A stretch of DNA of 52,301 nt, taken from Actinomycetota bacterium (GTDB lineage: Bacteria; Actinomycetota; Acidimicrobiia; Acidimicrobiales; Ilumatobacteraceae). Of the stretch, positions 8,472 to 18,413 are shown piece after piece. Below the pieces are notes generated by a model. It searched no databases and had not been told where the DNA came from. It saw only the letters and a list, made by a program, of their open reading frames with translations. The stretch covers positions 1 to 52,301 of the forward strand of contig JBJOOQ010000001.1 of NCBI GenBank assembly GCA_046051205.1, read 5' to 3'. The position numbers and the translations under genes are program-made. How positions within the stretch are numbered: the first letter of the stretch is position 1; each line of letters begins with the position of its first letter.

Positions 8472-9416
8472 ATGGCAGTCACGTTTGTTGTGCCCGGCGC
8501 ACATCTGATGAGCGGACTCCTCGGCGAGCGAGATGAGCACCTGAGGTTCATTGAAGGCGAATTTGAAGATGTCGCTATCCGTGTTCGCGGAAACGAAGTG
8601 TCAATTTCTGGGCCACAATCCGATGTCGTATCCCGCTTATTTGAGGAACTCACCGCATTGCTGCAGCGCGGTGAATCTCTTGATCGATCGGTTCTTTCAC
8701 GGTCAATCGTGATGGTTCAGGCGAACGAAAAGCCAAGCCTCATTCTCACCGAGGACATTCTGCGCACGAGCAGTGGCAAGAACGTCCGCGCCAAGACTTC
8801 TGGTCAGCGCAAATACATTGAAGCCATCAGGGACAACGTCATTACGTTTGGCATTGGGCCAGCGGGTACCGGGAAGAGCTGGCTTGCAGTTGCAATGGCC
8901 GTTCTTGCTTTGAACACAAAGCGCGTACAACGCATCATCTTGACTCGACCAGCTGTGGAGGCGGGCGAGCGTCTTGGTTTCTTGCCTGGTGACCTCACCG
9001 CGAAGATCGATCCGTATTTGCGTCCGCTTTATGACGCATTGCACGACATGGTCGGTGCAGAAACAGCAAAGACTTATCTTGAGAAACAGATTGTTGAAGT
9101 AGCACCTCTTGCGTTTATGCGTGGTCGTACGTTGAACAACAGTTTCGTTATCTTGGATGAAGCACAAAACACCACGCCAGAGCAAATGAAAATGTTCCTC
9201 ACGCGTATTGGTTTTGGCTCAAAAGTTGTTGTTACTGGCGACACCACTCAGGTTGACGTGCCAGACGGACGCAGTGGTTTGCTTGGGGTCGAGCGTGTGC
9301 TCACTGGCATCAAAGATTTAACTTTTGTCCACCTTGATGCAACCGATGTCGTTCGACATCGCATCGTGGCCGACATTGTTGCTGCATACGAAAAGCAAAC
9401 ACCGAACCATGGCTGA
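8472..9416 (+). CDS. phoH: PhoH-family ATPase
   Basis: Walker A GPAGTGKSWLA and Walker B ILDEAQN. Conserved position upstream of ybeY. Confidence 0.93.
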   Translation: MAVTFVVPGAHLMSGLLGERDEHLRFIEGEFEDVAIRVRGNEVSISGPQSDVVSRLFEELTALLQRGESLDRSVLSRSIVMVQANEKPSLILTEDILRTSSGKNVRAKTSGQRKYIEAIRDNVITFGIGPAGTGKSWLAVAMAVLALNTKRVQRIILTRPAVEAGERLGFLPGDLTAKIDPYLRPLYDALHDMVGAETAKTYLEKQIVEVAPLAFMRGRTLNNSFVILDEAQNTTPEQMKMFLTRIGFGSKVVVTGDTTQVDVPDGRSGLLGVERVLTGIKDLTFVHLDATDVVRHRIVADIVAAYEKQTPNHG

Positions 9417-10011
9417 ATCGCGACCGGGTGTTTCTAAACCTCGTCGCGTTGGTGGCGACGGGGAACCAGAAGTGTTCATGGCAGATGAACAGCAAGATCT
9501 CGAGATTGATCTTGCTCGCTGGCAAAACCTTGCACTCGATGTTCTGCGCGCTGAAGGCGTGAAGGGTCTAACAGAAATGACCGTGATGTTCATTGATGCG
9601 TCAACCATGACTGAATTGAATGCACAGTACATGGGCAAGTCGTATGCAACCGATGTGTTGTCATTTCCTCTTGATGCAGTAGAGGCAACACGCTCACCCG
9701 GTCCTGGGGCGATGTCGAAAACACCTGAGCCTTCACCGCTCGATGTCTCAGACTTGCCCCTGTTGTTGGGCGATGTGGTTATCTGTCCAAGCGTGGCTAT
9801 TGAGCAAGCTCCGCGTCACGCCGGCACGGTTGATGATGAACTAGCGCTACTGCTTGTTCATGGCATACTTCATGTTCTGGGAAATGATCACGACAACCCT
9901 GAAGCAGAAGCCGCGATGCATGCGCGAGAGCGAAAGCACCTAGAAGCATTTCACTGGGGCCATGCTGCGCCAGAACAATTCCGACATATTCAGGAGATAG
10001 AGCAGAAATGA
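9409..10011 (+). CDS. ybeY: rRNA maturation RNase YbeY
   Basis: Zinc motif HGILHVLGNDH. The ATG at 9409 overlaps the phoH end by 8 nt. The alternative ATG at 9478 (MADEQQDLEIDLARW) would give a more typical length. Confidence 0.88.
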   Translation: MAESRPGVSKPRRVGGDGEPEVFMADEQQDLEIDLARWQNLALDVLRAEGVKGLTEMTVMFIDASTMTELNAQYMGKSYATDVLSFPLDAVEATRSPGPGAMSKTPEPSPLDVSDLPLLLGDVVICPSVAIEQAPRHAGTVDDELALLLVHGILHVLGNDHDNPEAEAAMHARERKHLEAFHWGHAAPEQFRHIQEIEQK

Positions 10012-11288
10012 TGTTTGCCCAGACGCCTACGGCAATTGACTATTGGATGCTTGCCGGCATCGGGCTCATTCTTGTAGTCCTCATTTTCCTTTCGCTTGCT
10101 GAAATGAGTTTGTCTCAAATGACAAAGCCACGTGCTGCAGCGCTTGCAGAAAAGGGTGCAAAGTCAGGCAAAGCGTTGGTGCGACTCGCGGCGGAACCAA
10201 CATTGTGGGTAAACCCATTGTTGCTCACGGTGAATATCTTTCAGACCGTGCAGGCCACCCTCATGGGTGTCGTTGCGGGCCGTTTGTTTGGCGCCGCCGG
10301 AGTAGCTATCGGTGTGGTGATCAACGTTCTGTTGTTCTTCGTTCTCGCGGAAGCAGTGCCGAAGACATACGCGGTGCTCAATCCTGTGCGCGGAGCAACA
10401 TCAACGGCGCGCCCAATTTCGTTGCTTGTGCGTTTTTGGCCATTACGAGCTGCGTCGACAGTGTTAATCAAACTCACCAACGTCATTGTGAAAGGTGAAG
10501 GTCTGAAGCAAGGGCCATTCATTGGAGAGCAAGAGTTCTTGGGGATAGTGGAAGCTGCCGCTCAGGAGAGTGTGATTGAGCATGAAGAGCGCGAACTCAT
10601 CGAGTCAATCATTGAATTTGGCGACACTGTGGTGCGCGAGATCATGGTTCCACGACCAGACGCAATGTTCATAGACAGTGATCTCACGATCACGCAGGCA
10701 CTTGATAAAGCCGTAGAAGACGGATTTAGCAGACTTCCAGTTTTGCGTAAAGACGATGACGATGTAGACGATGTCGTTGGCATTGTGTACGTGAAAGACC
10801 TTGTTATCGCGGAGCGTCAAGGAAATGGTGCTTCACCGATTACTGGCCTCATTCGACAGGTTGAGGTTGTGCCAGAGAATAAATTGGTAGCCGACTTGAT
10901 GCGAAGCATGCAGGCCAAGAAATTCCACATGGTCATGGTTGCAGATGAATATGGAATCATCGTCGGTCTTGCAACGCTTGAGGATTGCTTGGAAGAACTC
11001 GTAGGTGAAATCGTCGACGAACACGACGACGAAGATCTCTCATTGCAAACTCTGCCTAATGGCGACTACCTCGTTATTGGGTCGATGCCGATTTCTCGTC
11101 TCAACGACGAACTCGAATTGAAAGTGCCTGAATCCGAATATGACACCATTGGTGGTTTCATTTTCGGAATGTTGGGCCACGTTCCCGTGCAAGGCGAGTC
11201 GGTTGATTTTGATGGATGGCGAATTAGTACCGAGACATTGGACGGTCGTCGTATCCAGCAAGTTCGCATCAGCGCACTAACGCAGTAA
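10008..11288 (+). CDS. CNNM/CorC-type hemolysin-family protein (DUF21 TM domain, CBS pair, CorC_HlyC)
   Basis: N-terminal TM helices, a CBS-pair region (IMVPRPD...VVGIVYVKDL) and a C-terminal transporter-associated domain. ATGATG overlap with the ybeY stop. Confidence 0.9.
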   Translation: MMFAQTPTAIDYWMLAGIGLILVVLIFLSLAEMSLSQMTKPRAAALAEKGAKSGKALVRLAAEPTLWVNPLLLTVNIFQTVQATLMGVVAGRLFGAAGVAIGVVINVLLFFVLAEAVPKTYAVLNPVRGATSTARPISLLVRFWPLRAASTVLIKLTNVIVKGEGLKQGPFIGEQEFLGIVEAAAQESVIEHEERELIESIIEFGDTVVREIMVPRPDAMFIDSDLTITQALDKAVEDGFSRLPVLRKDDDDVDDVVGIVYVKDLVIAERQGNGASPITGLIRQVEVVPENKLVADLMRSMQAKKFHMVMVADEYGIIVGLATLEDCLEELVGEIVDEHDDEDLSLQTLPNGDYLVIGSMPISRLNDELELKVPESEYDTIGGFIFGMLGHVPVQGESVDFDGWRISTETLDGRRIQQVRISALTQ

Positions 11289-11305
11289 CGGCTATCGTCG
11301 GGCGA

Positions 11306-12055
11306 ATGGACATTTCGCTCGCAGGAAAAGTTGCCCTCATCACCGGTGGATCGCGTGGAATTGGCTTAGCCATAGCTAAGTCGTATGCAGATGCTGGTGC
11401 GCAAGTGATGATTACTTCACGAAAAGAGGATGCGCTTCGTGAAGCTACCACTTTCATTGGTGGTGGAGCTTCGTGCATAGCGGGCAATGCGGGCGATACC
11501 GAATTTGCTCAAAAATGCGTGAGTGCAACGCTTGAGCAGTTTGGCAAGATCGACATTTTCGTTAATAACGCGGCAACGAATCCATATTCAGGACCAACTC
11601 TTGAAGTGAGTGAGTCGCAGTTCGATAAGACATTCCAGGTCAACCTTCGCGGCCCATTGTTTTGGTGTTCGCAAGTGTGGTCGCAGCATATGAAAGACAA
11701 TCCGGGTGTCATTATCAACATCGCATCAGTTGGTGGACTTCGCGCCGAGGGAAGCCTTGGCGTATACAACCTGACTAAAGCGGCTCTCATTCATCTAACT
11801 AGGCAACTGGCTGGCGAGTTAGGGCTTACACGAGTGGTGGGTATTGCGCCGGGTCTGGTGAAAACAGACTTTGCACAAATGCTGGTGGATAACTATGGCG
11901 ATTCGCTCGCCAAACGTCTTCCGCGTAAACGTTTGGGTGAACCGCAAGACATTGCAAACCTTGCAACGTTTCTGGCTTCGGATGCAGCCAGTTGGATAAC
12001 TGGTGAAACTTATGTAATCGATGGTGGAGCAGGAGTTGCTTCGGGCGCAATGTAA
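11306..12055 (+). CDS. SDR family oxidoreductase (FabG-like)
   Basis: ITGGSRGIGLAIA, NNAA, and S...YNLTKAA. Confidence 0.88.
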   Translation: MDISLAGKVALITGGSRGIGLAIAKSYADAGAQVMITSRKEDALREATTFIGGGASCIAGNAGDTEFAQKCVSATLEQFGKIDIFVNNAATNPYSGPTLEVSESQFDKTFQVNLRGPLFWCSQVWSQHMKDNPGVIINIASVGGLRAEGSLGVYNLTKAALIHLTRQLAGELGLTRVVGIAPGLVKTDFAQMLVDNYGDSLAKRLPRKRLGEPQDIANLATFLASDAASWITGETYVIDGGAGVASGAM

Positions 12056-12064
12056 TTGCGTTTA

Positions 12065-13183
12065 CTATTTCATCTTCTTTAGGGCTTGAAGGTCAACTTT
12101 GCCAAGCGAAGTCATGGGGATATCTTTCACCACACGAATTTCTGTCGGTGCACAAAAAGATGGCAGTTGGGTCTTCACATGCTGTCGAATATGTTCAAGC
12201 GTCGGAACAACGTCGCGCGGTGAAACGATCCAGGCCACTACTCGTTGGCCCCATTGCTCGTCCTCAATCCCACTCACGACAACATGCTGTATGCCAGGGA
12301 ATGTAGAGATGACCCTTTCAACTGCATTCGGCCAGACATTTTCGCCACCGGTAATGATCATGTCGTCACGGCGACCAAAAACGCGAATGAGATCATGATC
12401 AAAAGATCCGCTATCTCCAGTTTTGTGCCAACCGCCAGTTGCCACTCCATTATCAAGCCCGCGATAGGCGCGAAACAGTGAAGGTGACTTCAGCTCAATG
12501 CATTCCTTGTTGATTCGCACTTCAACACCATCAAGAGGCTGGCCGTTGTAGGCGATTCCACCAAAAGTTTCGGTCATGCCGTAGGTCGTCACAACGTTGT
12601 TCGGAAGGTTCTGAGGCGCTGCTGCACCACCAAGCAGAATCGTGTTGAACATGGTCGGGTCAATTCGTTGCAATGTTGTTGGTACCAAAGAGACATGCGT
12701 TGCTCCTGCGAGTGCAGCGTTCTTGACATCAATCTCGTCGAATTTAGAGAGAATGCTGATGGGATTTCCCAAGATGATCGAGCGAGCCACAATGCTGAAC
12801 CCTGCTACGTGGGAGACGGGGAGGCACAGCAGCCAATGCGTAGATGAATCGGTTTGCAAACGCAGTTGGGACATGTTGAGGAGTGCGCGAATGGAGTCGT
12901 GGTTATGCACCACACCTTTTGGAGTGCCTGTTGTGCCACTGGTGGCAATGACTAGCGCATCATTGTGCTGAGTTGGCTCAGAATCAGAGAATTCGACGGA
13001 CGTTCCTGATGAATCTATGACGACTGAAGGTTTGAACTGCTTGATGAGCGAATCTTTAGCGGCTTGAGGTAGGCGCTGGTCAATGGGGAATACCGCATCG
13101 CCTGAATCCCAAGAACTTCGCACGTGGTTGGTGAATTCGCTACTTGCCGGCATATCTAATGCAATAAGGCGATTCACGGTCAT
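12065..13183 (-). CDS. menE: o-Succinylbenzoate-CoA ligase
   Basis: Short adenylate-forming enzyme (TSGTTGTPKGV, YGMTE, TGD, GGENV) in a men gene context. Confidence 0.8.
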   Translation of the reverse strand: MTVNRLIALDMPASSEFTNHVRSSWDSGDAVFPIDQRLPQAAKDSLIKQFKPSVVIDSSGTSVEFSDSEPTQHNDALVIATSGTTGTPKGVVHNHDSIRALLNMSQLRLQTDSSTHWLLCLPVSHVAGFSIVARSIILGNPISILSKFDEIDVKNAALAGATHVSLVPTTLQRIDPTMFNTILLGGAAAPQNLPNNVVTTYGMTETFGGIAYNGQPLDGVEVRINKECIELKSPSLFRAYRGLDNGVATGGWHKTGDSGSFDHDLIRVFGRRDDMIITGGENVWPNAVERVISTFPGIQHVVVSGIEDEQWGQRVVAWIVSPRDVVPTLEHIRQHVKTQLPSFCAPTEIRVVKDIPMTSLGKVDLQALKKMK

Positions 13184-13217
13184 CAGCGTAGGCGCTTAAA
13201 AGTGCGACACTAGACAG

Positions 13218-14105
13218 ATGGAAAAACAGCCAAGTGGCGTGCAACTCTGGATTCTGGGTGCCCGTCCGCGAACATTGCCCGCCGCCTTTGTTCCTGTGTT
13301 TGTGGCCTTTGGTATTGCGATTTCACAGGACGTGGAAACCACAAAGTTGTGGTGGTGTGGCGTGTTCGCACTCGTAGTCAGCGTGGCCTTGCAGGTTGGA
13401 GTCAACTATGCAAATGATTACTCAGATGGCATTAAAGGAACCGACGCCAAACGAGTTGGTCCACTCAGACTTGTTGGCTCTGGATTAGTTCCCGCAAAAA
13501 GCGTTAAGACAGCGGCATTCATTGCATTTGGTGTAGCTGCAGTGTTCGGGTTGTTTATTGCACTTGCAACAACATTGCTGCTTCTTCCTCTTGGCGTGTT
13601 GTGCATCGCCGCCGGTTGGTTGTACACGGGAGGTCCAAAACCATATGGCTATCTCGGTTTTGGAGAGCTATTCGTGTTTGTGTTCTTTGGATTAGTTGCT
13701 ACATCGGGCTCGGTGTATGCGATTACGCAGACCATTGATTACAAAACGGTTATTGCTTCGTGCATCGTTGGTTTGCTTGCCTGTGCATTGCTCGTGGTTA
13801 ATAATCTTCGCGATATTCCAGGTGACACCACTGCAAACAAGATGACCTTGGCCGTGCGCATGGGTGACGCCATGACCAGGAAGTTGTACTACGCCATGTT
13901 CTTGTATGTGGTGTTACTGATTTTGCTTATCGGTGTGCGAGATCGCTCAGCGCTCATTGCGTTAGTTGGCCTGGCTGCCGCTTATCCCGCATTAAAGGCT
14001 GTAAGGGCAGGAGCGCTTGGTAGAGAATTGATTCCGGTTCTTGGTGCAACCGGCAAGGCGCAATTGGCTATTGGTCTGCTTCTTGCAATTGGTCTAGCTC
14101 TTTAG
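13218..14105 (+). CDS. menA: 1,4-dihydroxy-2-naphthoate polyprenyltransferase
   Basis: UbiA-family polytopic protein with the NYANDYSDGIKG and NNLRDIPGD motifs. Confidence 0.9.
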   Translation: MEKQPSGVQLWILGARPRTLPAAFVPVFVAFGIAISQDVETTKLWWCGVFALVVSVALQVGVNYANDYSDGIKGTDAKRVGPLRLVGSGLVPAKSVKTAAFIAFGVAAVFGLFIALATTLLLLPLGVLCIAAGWLYTGGPKPYGYLGFGELFVFVFFGLVATSGSVYAITQTIDYKTVIASCIVGLLACALLVVNNLRDIPGDTTANKMTLAVRMGDAMTRKLYYAMFLYVVLLILLIGVRDRSALIALVGLAAAYPALKAVRAGALGRELIPVLGATGKAQLAIGLLLAIGLAL

Positions 14106-14837
14106 CCACCAATTTACGGCTTGAGCAAATGCTTCTGGTTGATCGAGATGGGTATTGTGTCCGGCCTTGTCAAGAATTCTCAGTGTTGAATGTGGAATGA
14201 GTTGATTCATCCGTTTCGCAATTTCTGAGAACTTCTCATCGCGTGCACCACAAATGAGTAACACGGGAATGTTGATTTCCTGAAGTTGCTCCCATAGTGG
14301 TTCTTGTTGGCCAGTTCCACACTTGCGCAAGCTTGTTGCTAGCGATGTGGGCGTATTTCTGGAACGGTCTTGAAGTTCCTCATTGCTGAACTTCGATTTA
14401 GCAAACAGTGGCTGTTTTATCCACTCCTGAATAAATGCAGAGGTGCCAATCGATTCAATGCGCGAGGCAAGTTCTTCATCTGCTTGGACTCGTGCTGCTC
14501 GTTCGGAGTCATCCTCAATTCCGGGTGTGCCACTCACCAGCACCAAGCCAGTCATTGCGTACGGATGCTGAATTGCAGCATGTAGAGCCATGCGGGCTCC
14601 CATGCTGTAACCAACGAGGACTTTGCCAAAAGCGATATCTGCAAGCTCGTCACCAGTTTCCTGGAGGGAAAGCGAGACGCCCTGTGATTCACCATGATCG
14701 GGTGCATCAACAAACGTGTTTGTTGAATCTCCGATTGCTTGTGCTGCAGTTGCCCAAGATTTTCCAGTTTGTGTAAACCCATGAACGAAACAGAACTCGC
14801 GAGATCCATCTCCACTGGTAGCGGTATACAAGCTCAT
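14094..14837 (-). CDS. menH: Alpha/beta hydrolase, probable SHCHC synthase
   Basis: Alpha/beta-hydrolase nucleophile elbow GYSMGA in a men cluster context. Its 3' end overlaps the menA 3' end by 12 nt. Confidence 0.7.
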   Translation of the reverse strand: MSLYTATSGDGSREFCFVHGFTQTGKSWATAAQAIGDSTNTFVDAPDHGESQGVSLSLQETGDELADIAFGKVLVGYSMGARMALHAAIQHPYAMTGLVLVSGTPGIEDDSERAARVQADEELASRIESIGTSAFIQEWIKQPLFAKSKFSNEELQDRSRNTPTSLATSLRKCGTGQQEPLWEQLQEINIPVLLICGARDEKFSEIAKRMNQLIPHSTLRILDKAGHNTHLDQPEAFAQAVNWWLKS

Positions 14838-15484
14838 GCTTTTTCAAGGATCCGTTCAATAATGCGCTCAAACATCTCAACATCTTGCGCGCCAGGTACT
14901 GACCACTGGCCGTTGATGATGAATGTTGGAACTGCGGTCACTCCATATTCGGTGGCTTCTGCAATCTCGGATCGCACTTCGTCAGCGAATTCATCACTCG
15001 ACAGAAATGTGTGTGCTTCGTTGTGGTTAATGCCCGCAGATTCAGCGCAGTCCGCAAGAACATCAATGTCGCCGATGTTCTTGCCGTCAGTGAAGTAGGC
15101 ATCCATGATTCGTTCCTTGAGGGGAATCTGCACAACAGAGCCATGCTTCTTCAGCGCATAACTCAGTAGGCGATGCGCAAGAAATGTGTTTGCTCGCACT
15201 GCAATGTCCATGTTGAATGTGATGTTGTCTTGCGCGGCGACTGAAGTGACGTGGTCGAGAATCTCGGTGGCGCGCTCCGGGCCACCAAACTTCTTGGCAT
15301 ATGCGTCCTTTGCCGGAGTTGGCGAATCGGTTGGCGCAGTTGGGTCTAGCTGGAATGGTCGGAACGAGTAATCCACCTGAACATCCACTCCACGGTCGCG
15401 TAGACGCGAAATTGCAGTCTCAAAACGCCGTTTTCCAATAAAACACCATGGACATATGACGTCGGAGAAGATTTCTATGCGCAT
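14834..15484 (-). CDS. DsbA-family (FrnE / 2-hydroxychromene-2-carboxylate isomerase-like) thiol oxidoreductase
   Basis: N-terminal MRIEIFSDVICPWCFIGKRRF with a CPWC active site and C-terminal GVTAVPTF. Its stop overlaps the menH ATG (ATGA). A TATCGT -10-like hexamer sits 7 nt upstream of the ATG at 15484. Confidence 0.85.
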   Translation of the reverse strand: MRIEIFSDVICPWCFIGKRRFETAISRLRDRGVDVQVDYSFRPFQLDPTAPTDSPTPAKDAYAKKFGGPERATEILDHVTSVAAQDNITFNMDIAVRANTFLAHRLLSYALKKHGSVVQIPLKERIMDAYFTDGKNIGDIDVLADCAESAGINHNEAHTFLSSDEFADEVRSEIAEATEYGVTAVPTFIINGQWSVPGAQDVEMFERIIERILEKA

Positions 15485-15503
15485 AGATGCAACGATAGAG
15501 GGG

Positions 15504-17207
15504 ATGGCCTCAACTCCTGCAACCACTGCGACCTTTTGCGCAACGATCGTGGACGAGTGGGTGAGGCTTGGGGTTGCTCATGCCGTGGTGTCTCCAGGTT
15601 CTCGGAGCACCCCAATGGCCGTTGCGCTGTCTAGCAATCCGAAAATCGCACTCCATGTATTTCACGATGAGCGATCTGCTTCATTTGCAGCACTAGGTAT
15701 CGGTCTGCAATCGGGTGTGCCTGCCGTATTGCTGTGCACATCCGGAACCGCTGCAGCCCAGTTTTTTGCAGCCGTCATTGAGGCGAATTATGCGCATGTG
15801 CCGATGCTGGTGTGCACCGCAGATCGTCCGCCAGAGCTACAGGGCGTTGGCGCACCACAAACGATTAATCAAACAAACTTGTATGGAAACTTTGTCCGCA
15901 AGTTCATTGACGTAGGCGTAGCAGACGATACAAAAGCATCTAAATGGAGAACTGTTGCACGCGATGCATTCTCAACAACAGTTGGAGTGAACCGCGGGCC
16001 ATGTCATGTGAACTTCCCGTTCCGTGAGCCGCTCGTAGGTGTCGCTGAGGCGCTTCCTTCCGTTGATTCACATTCGCCGGTTCGAATGAGTGCCGATGTA
16101 GCAACTGCATCGGAACGTAAAAAATTGTCTCTCGCACTTCGCGCAGAACGCGGTTTGATTATTGCTGGAAATGGAATAGACCAGCCGCGCTTCATTCTGG
16201 ATTTAGCGGCAAAGTTGAATTGGCCAGTGATCGCAGACCCACGAAGCAATTGTCGAGTCGCACCTGAAAGCAGCCATGGTGCAACGGTGGTGACGTGTGC
16301 CGATGTCATGATGAGGAACCAACCAACCGCCGAATCGCTTAAACCGACTGTGGTCATTCGCATTGGCGACCCACCAGTAAGCAAAGTAGTGAATCAGTGG
16401 CTCGCTCGTTGCGGTGCAGAACAGATTGCGGTCACTCAGCAACCAACCCTTATTGATCCAGACAAGATCGTGACTACTCATATTGTTGGGTCATTCAATG
16501 AACTGTTCATGGAAATGTCGCGCGGCACACAAGCAAAGCCCGAATCAGAGTGGATAAGTGCGTGGAAGCAATGTGAACGCCATGCACGCACCGCGCTTGA
16601 TGCACAGTTCACAGAGTCAAACCAATTGACGGAACCGTTGTGTGCGGTAACGGTAAGTGATTCGCTGGAGCCTGGATCAAATTTGGTGGTGTCGTCTTCC
16701 ATGCCAGTGCGAGATTTGGAATGGTTCGCGCCAGCTCGAGACGGCGTTCGTGTTTTCAGTAATCGTGGCGTAAATGGAATCGATGGAGTTGTGTCAACTG
16801 CCGTGGGAGTTGCTTTGTCGTCCAAAGCGCCAACAGCGCTACTGATTGGCGATATCGCGATGTTGCACGACAGCAATGGTTTGCTCAACCTGACTCGACG
16901 TGATGTTCAGATGAAGATCATCGTTGTCGACAATGAAGGCGGCGGAATCTTCTCCTTCCTGCCTCAGGCGGAATCGTTGGATGGGGCGCAATTTGAGCAA
17001 CTTTTCGGCACACCGCATAGCGCTGATTTTGAATCACTGGCCAAGACCCATGGCATTCCATTTGCATGGGCAACAACGACAGACGAGCTTCGTCAAGAAC
17101 TCGGGAATAGCGGTACTTCCATTATCGGTGTGCGTACCGATCGCAGACTCAATGTTGGCCACCACAATGCCCTCTACGCAGCAGTAGCCGAGGCGTTAAC
17201 GAAATAG
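15504..17207 (+). CDS. menD: SEPHCHC synthase (2-succinyl-5-enolpyruvyl-6-hydroxy-3-cyclohexene-1-carboxylate synthase)
   Basis: ThDP-enzyme architecture: N-terminal FCATIVDEWVRLGV..SPGSRSTP and C-terminal GDIAMLHDSNGL...NEGGGIF. The start is uncertain (15456, 15477 or 15504). Confidence 0.9.
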   Translation: MASTPATTATFCATIVDEWVRLGVAHAVVSPGSRSTPMAVALSSNPKIALHVFHDERSASFAALGIGLQSGVPAVLLCTSGTAAAQFFAAVIEANYAHVPMLVCTADRPPELQGVGAPQTINQTNLYGNFVRKFIDVGVADDTKASKWRTVARDAFSTTVGVNRGPCHVNFPFREPLVGVAEALPSVDSHSPVRMSADVATASERKKLSLALRAERGLIIAGNGIDQPRFILDLAAKLNWPVIADPRSNCRVAPESSHGATVVTCADVMMRNQPTAESLKPTVVIRIGDPPVSKVVNQWLARCGAEQIAVTQQPTLIDPDKIVTTHIVGSFNELFMEMSRGTQAKPESEWISAWKQCERHARTALDAQFTESNQLTEPLCAVTVSDSLEPGSNLVVSSSMPVRDLEWFAPARDGVRVFSNRGVNGIDGVVSTAVGVALSSKAPTALLIGDIAMLHDSNGLLNLTRRDVQMKIIVVDNEGGGIFSFLPQAESLDGAQFEQLFGTPHSADFESLAKTHGIPFAWATTTDELRQELGNSGTSIIGVRTDRRLNVGHHNALYAAVAEALTK

Positions 17208-17211
17208 TGAT

Positions 17212-18405
17212 TTACGGCCGCATAATGGCTGCGAGCATTGCTTGCAGCTTGGCCTGTGTTTCAGCCAGTTCTTCCGCAGGATCGCTGTCTGCAACGATGC
17301 CTCCGCCAGCAAACAGGCGTGCCTGTGTTCTTGCGTCATTGAATTGCGCGCAACGAATAGCAACAGCAAAAACACCATTTCCACGACTATCAAACCAGCC
17401 GATGGCACCACCGTATTTGTCGCGATCCATGCCTTCATGTTGGGCAATGAGTTGGAGAGCTTGTTCTCGTGGAAATCCACCAAGTGCTGGAGTCGGTGAC
17501 AAGGCAAGCGCTGCATCAAGTACATGTATTCGGGGTTCGGAAAGTTTGCCGATCAGCAGTGTTCCGAGGTGTTGAACGTTTGCAACTTGAATTACTGATG
17601 GCTCTTCTTCCCAGTCCAAGTACGAGCAATGGGGAAGCAGTGTGTCATGAACCATGTCAATCACCACTCGGTGTTCAACCTGGTTCTTCGTGCTCGCAAG
17701 TAATTGCTTAGCCAATGCTTCATCTTTGCTTGGATCGCCAGTTCTTGGTGTGGTGCCAGCAAGAGGATGGCTGCTGATCTCGTCATCGTGAATGGCAACA
17801 AGAAGTTCTGGCGAAGCACCAACAAATCCGTCGAATGAGTAGCGATAACTGGTGCCAAACGAAGCTCTCAGTCGAATGAGCAATGAATGAATATCAACTG
17901 GTGCATCGGAATCAACAAACACATCACGGGCGATTACCGCTTTGGTGAGTTTCCCGTTGCGCACTGCATCTCTGGCCGTTTCAACAGCCTTTAGATAAAT
18001 GGGCACTGCAACGCCGTCGCGAACGGTGCATTGTGCGTTTCCTGCTGTCGGCGCGCGTTCAGTCACTGCTGGAAATGGCGCGTCATCAATAACCGTCACC
18101 CAGGATTCACCTTCGCGGGTCTTGCACAATGTCACTGTTGGAAGAATGAAATCAGCATCTCGCGTTGTATCGAAGGGGATAGAGCCGAACATGATGGGCC
18201 CCACGCCAATTGGAAGACCTGTAGGCGAGTGCTCCATTGAATTCAATAGCTCGCGCGCATCGTGGGCGCCTAGGCGAGCGCTTACGCCAACTGCCGCAAA
18301 GCCCACACCTTCTCGAACAAAGAGGAAGCCATTCGCACCAGCGAAATCATTCAAATCAATTTCGCGATCGGTGATGTGTGACAACGGAAACGACGTTGCT
18401 TTCAT
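17212..18405 (-). CDS. menF: Isochorismate synthase
   Basis: Chorismate-binding domain motifs (HPLAGT, PTPALGG, RDKYGGAIGW, AGGGIVADSDP) in a men context. Confidence 0.88.
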   Translation of the reverse strand: MKATSFPLSHITDREIDLNDFAGANGFLFVREGVGFAAVGVSARLGAHDARELLNSMEHSPTGLPIGVGPIMFGSIPFDTTRDADFILPTVTLCKTREGESWVTVIDDAPFPAVTERAPTAGNAQCTVRDGVAVPIYLKAVETARDAVRNGKLTKAVIARDVFVDSDAPVDIHSLLIRLRASFGTSYRYSFDGFVGASPELLVAIHDDEISSHPLAGTTPRTGDPSKDEALAKQLLASTKNQVEHRVVIDMVHDTLLPHCSYLDWEEEPSVIQVANVQHLGTLLIGKLSEPRIHVLDAALALSPTPALGGFPREQALQLIAQHEGMDRDKYGGAIGWFDSRGNGVFAVAIRCAQFNDARTQARLFAGGGIVADSDPAEELAETQAKLQAMLAAIMRP

Positions 18406-18413
18406 CGGGCTTG

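Noticed and set aside
9409-9477. A 23-residue N-terminal extension of YbeY (MAESRPGVSKPRRVGGDGEPEVF) as a possible extra domain
   Set aside because: It is too short and low-complexity to be a domain. It probably reflects start-codon ambiguity, with ATG 9478 as the alternative.
10741-10790. Tandem-looking GACGATG repeats
   Set aside because: They simply encode an acidic linker (DDDDVDDVV) within the CBS region of the CorC-like protein.
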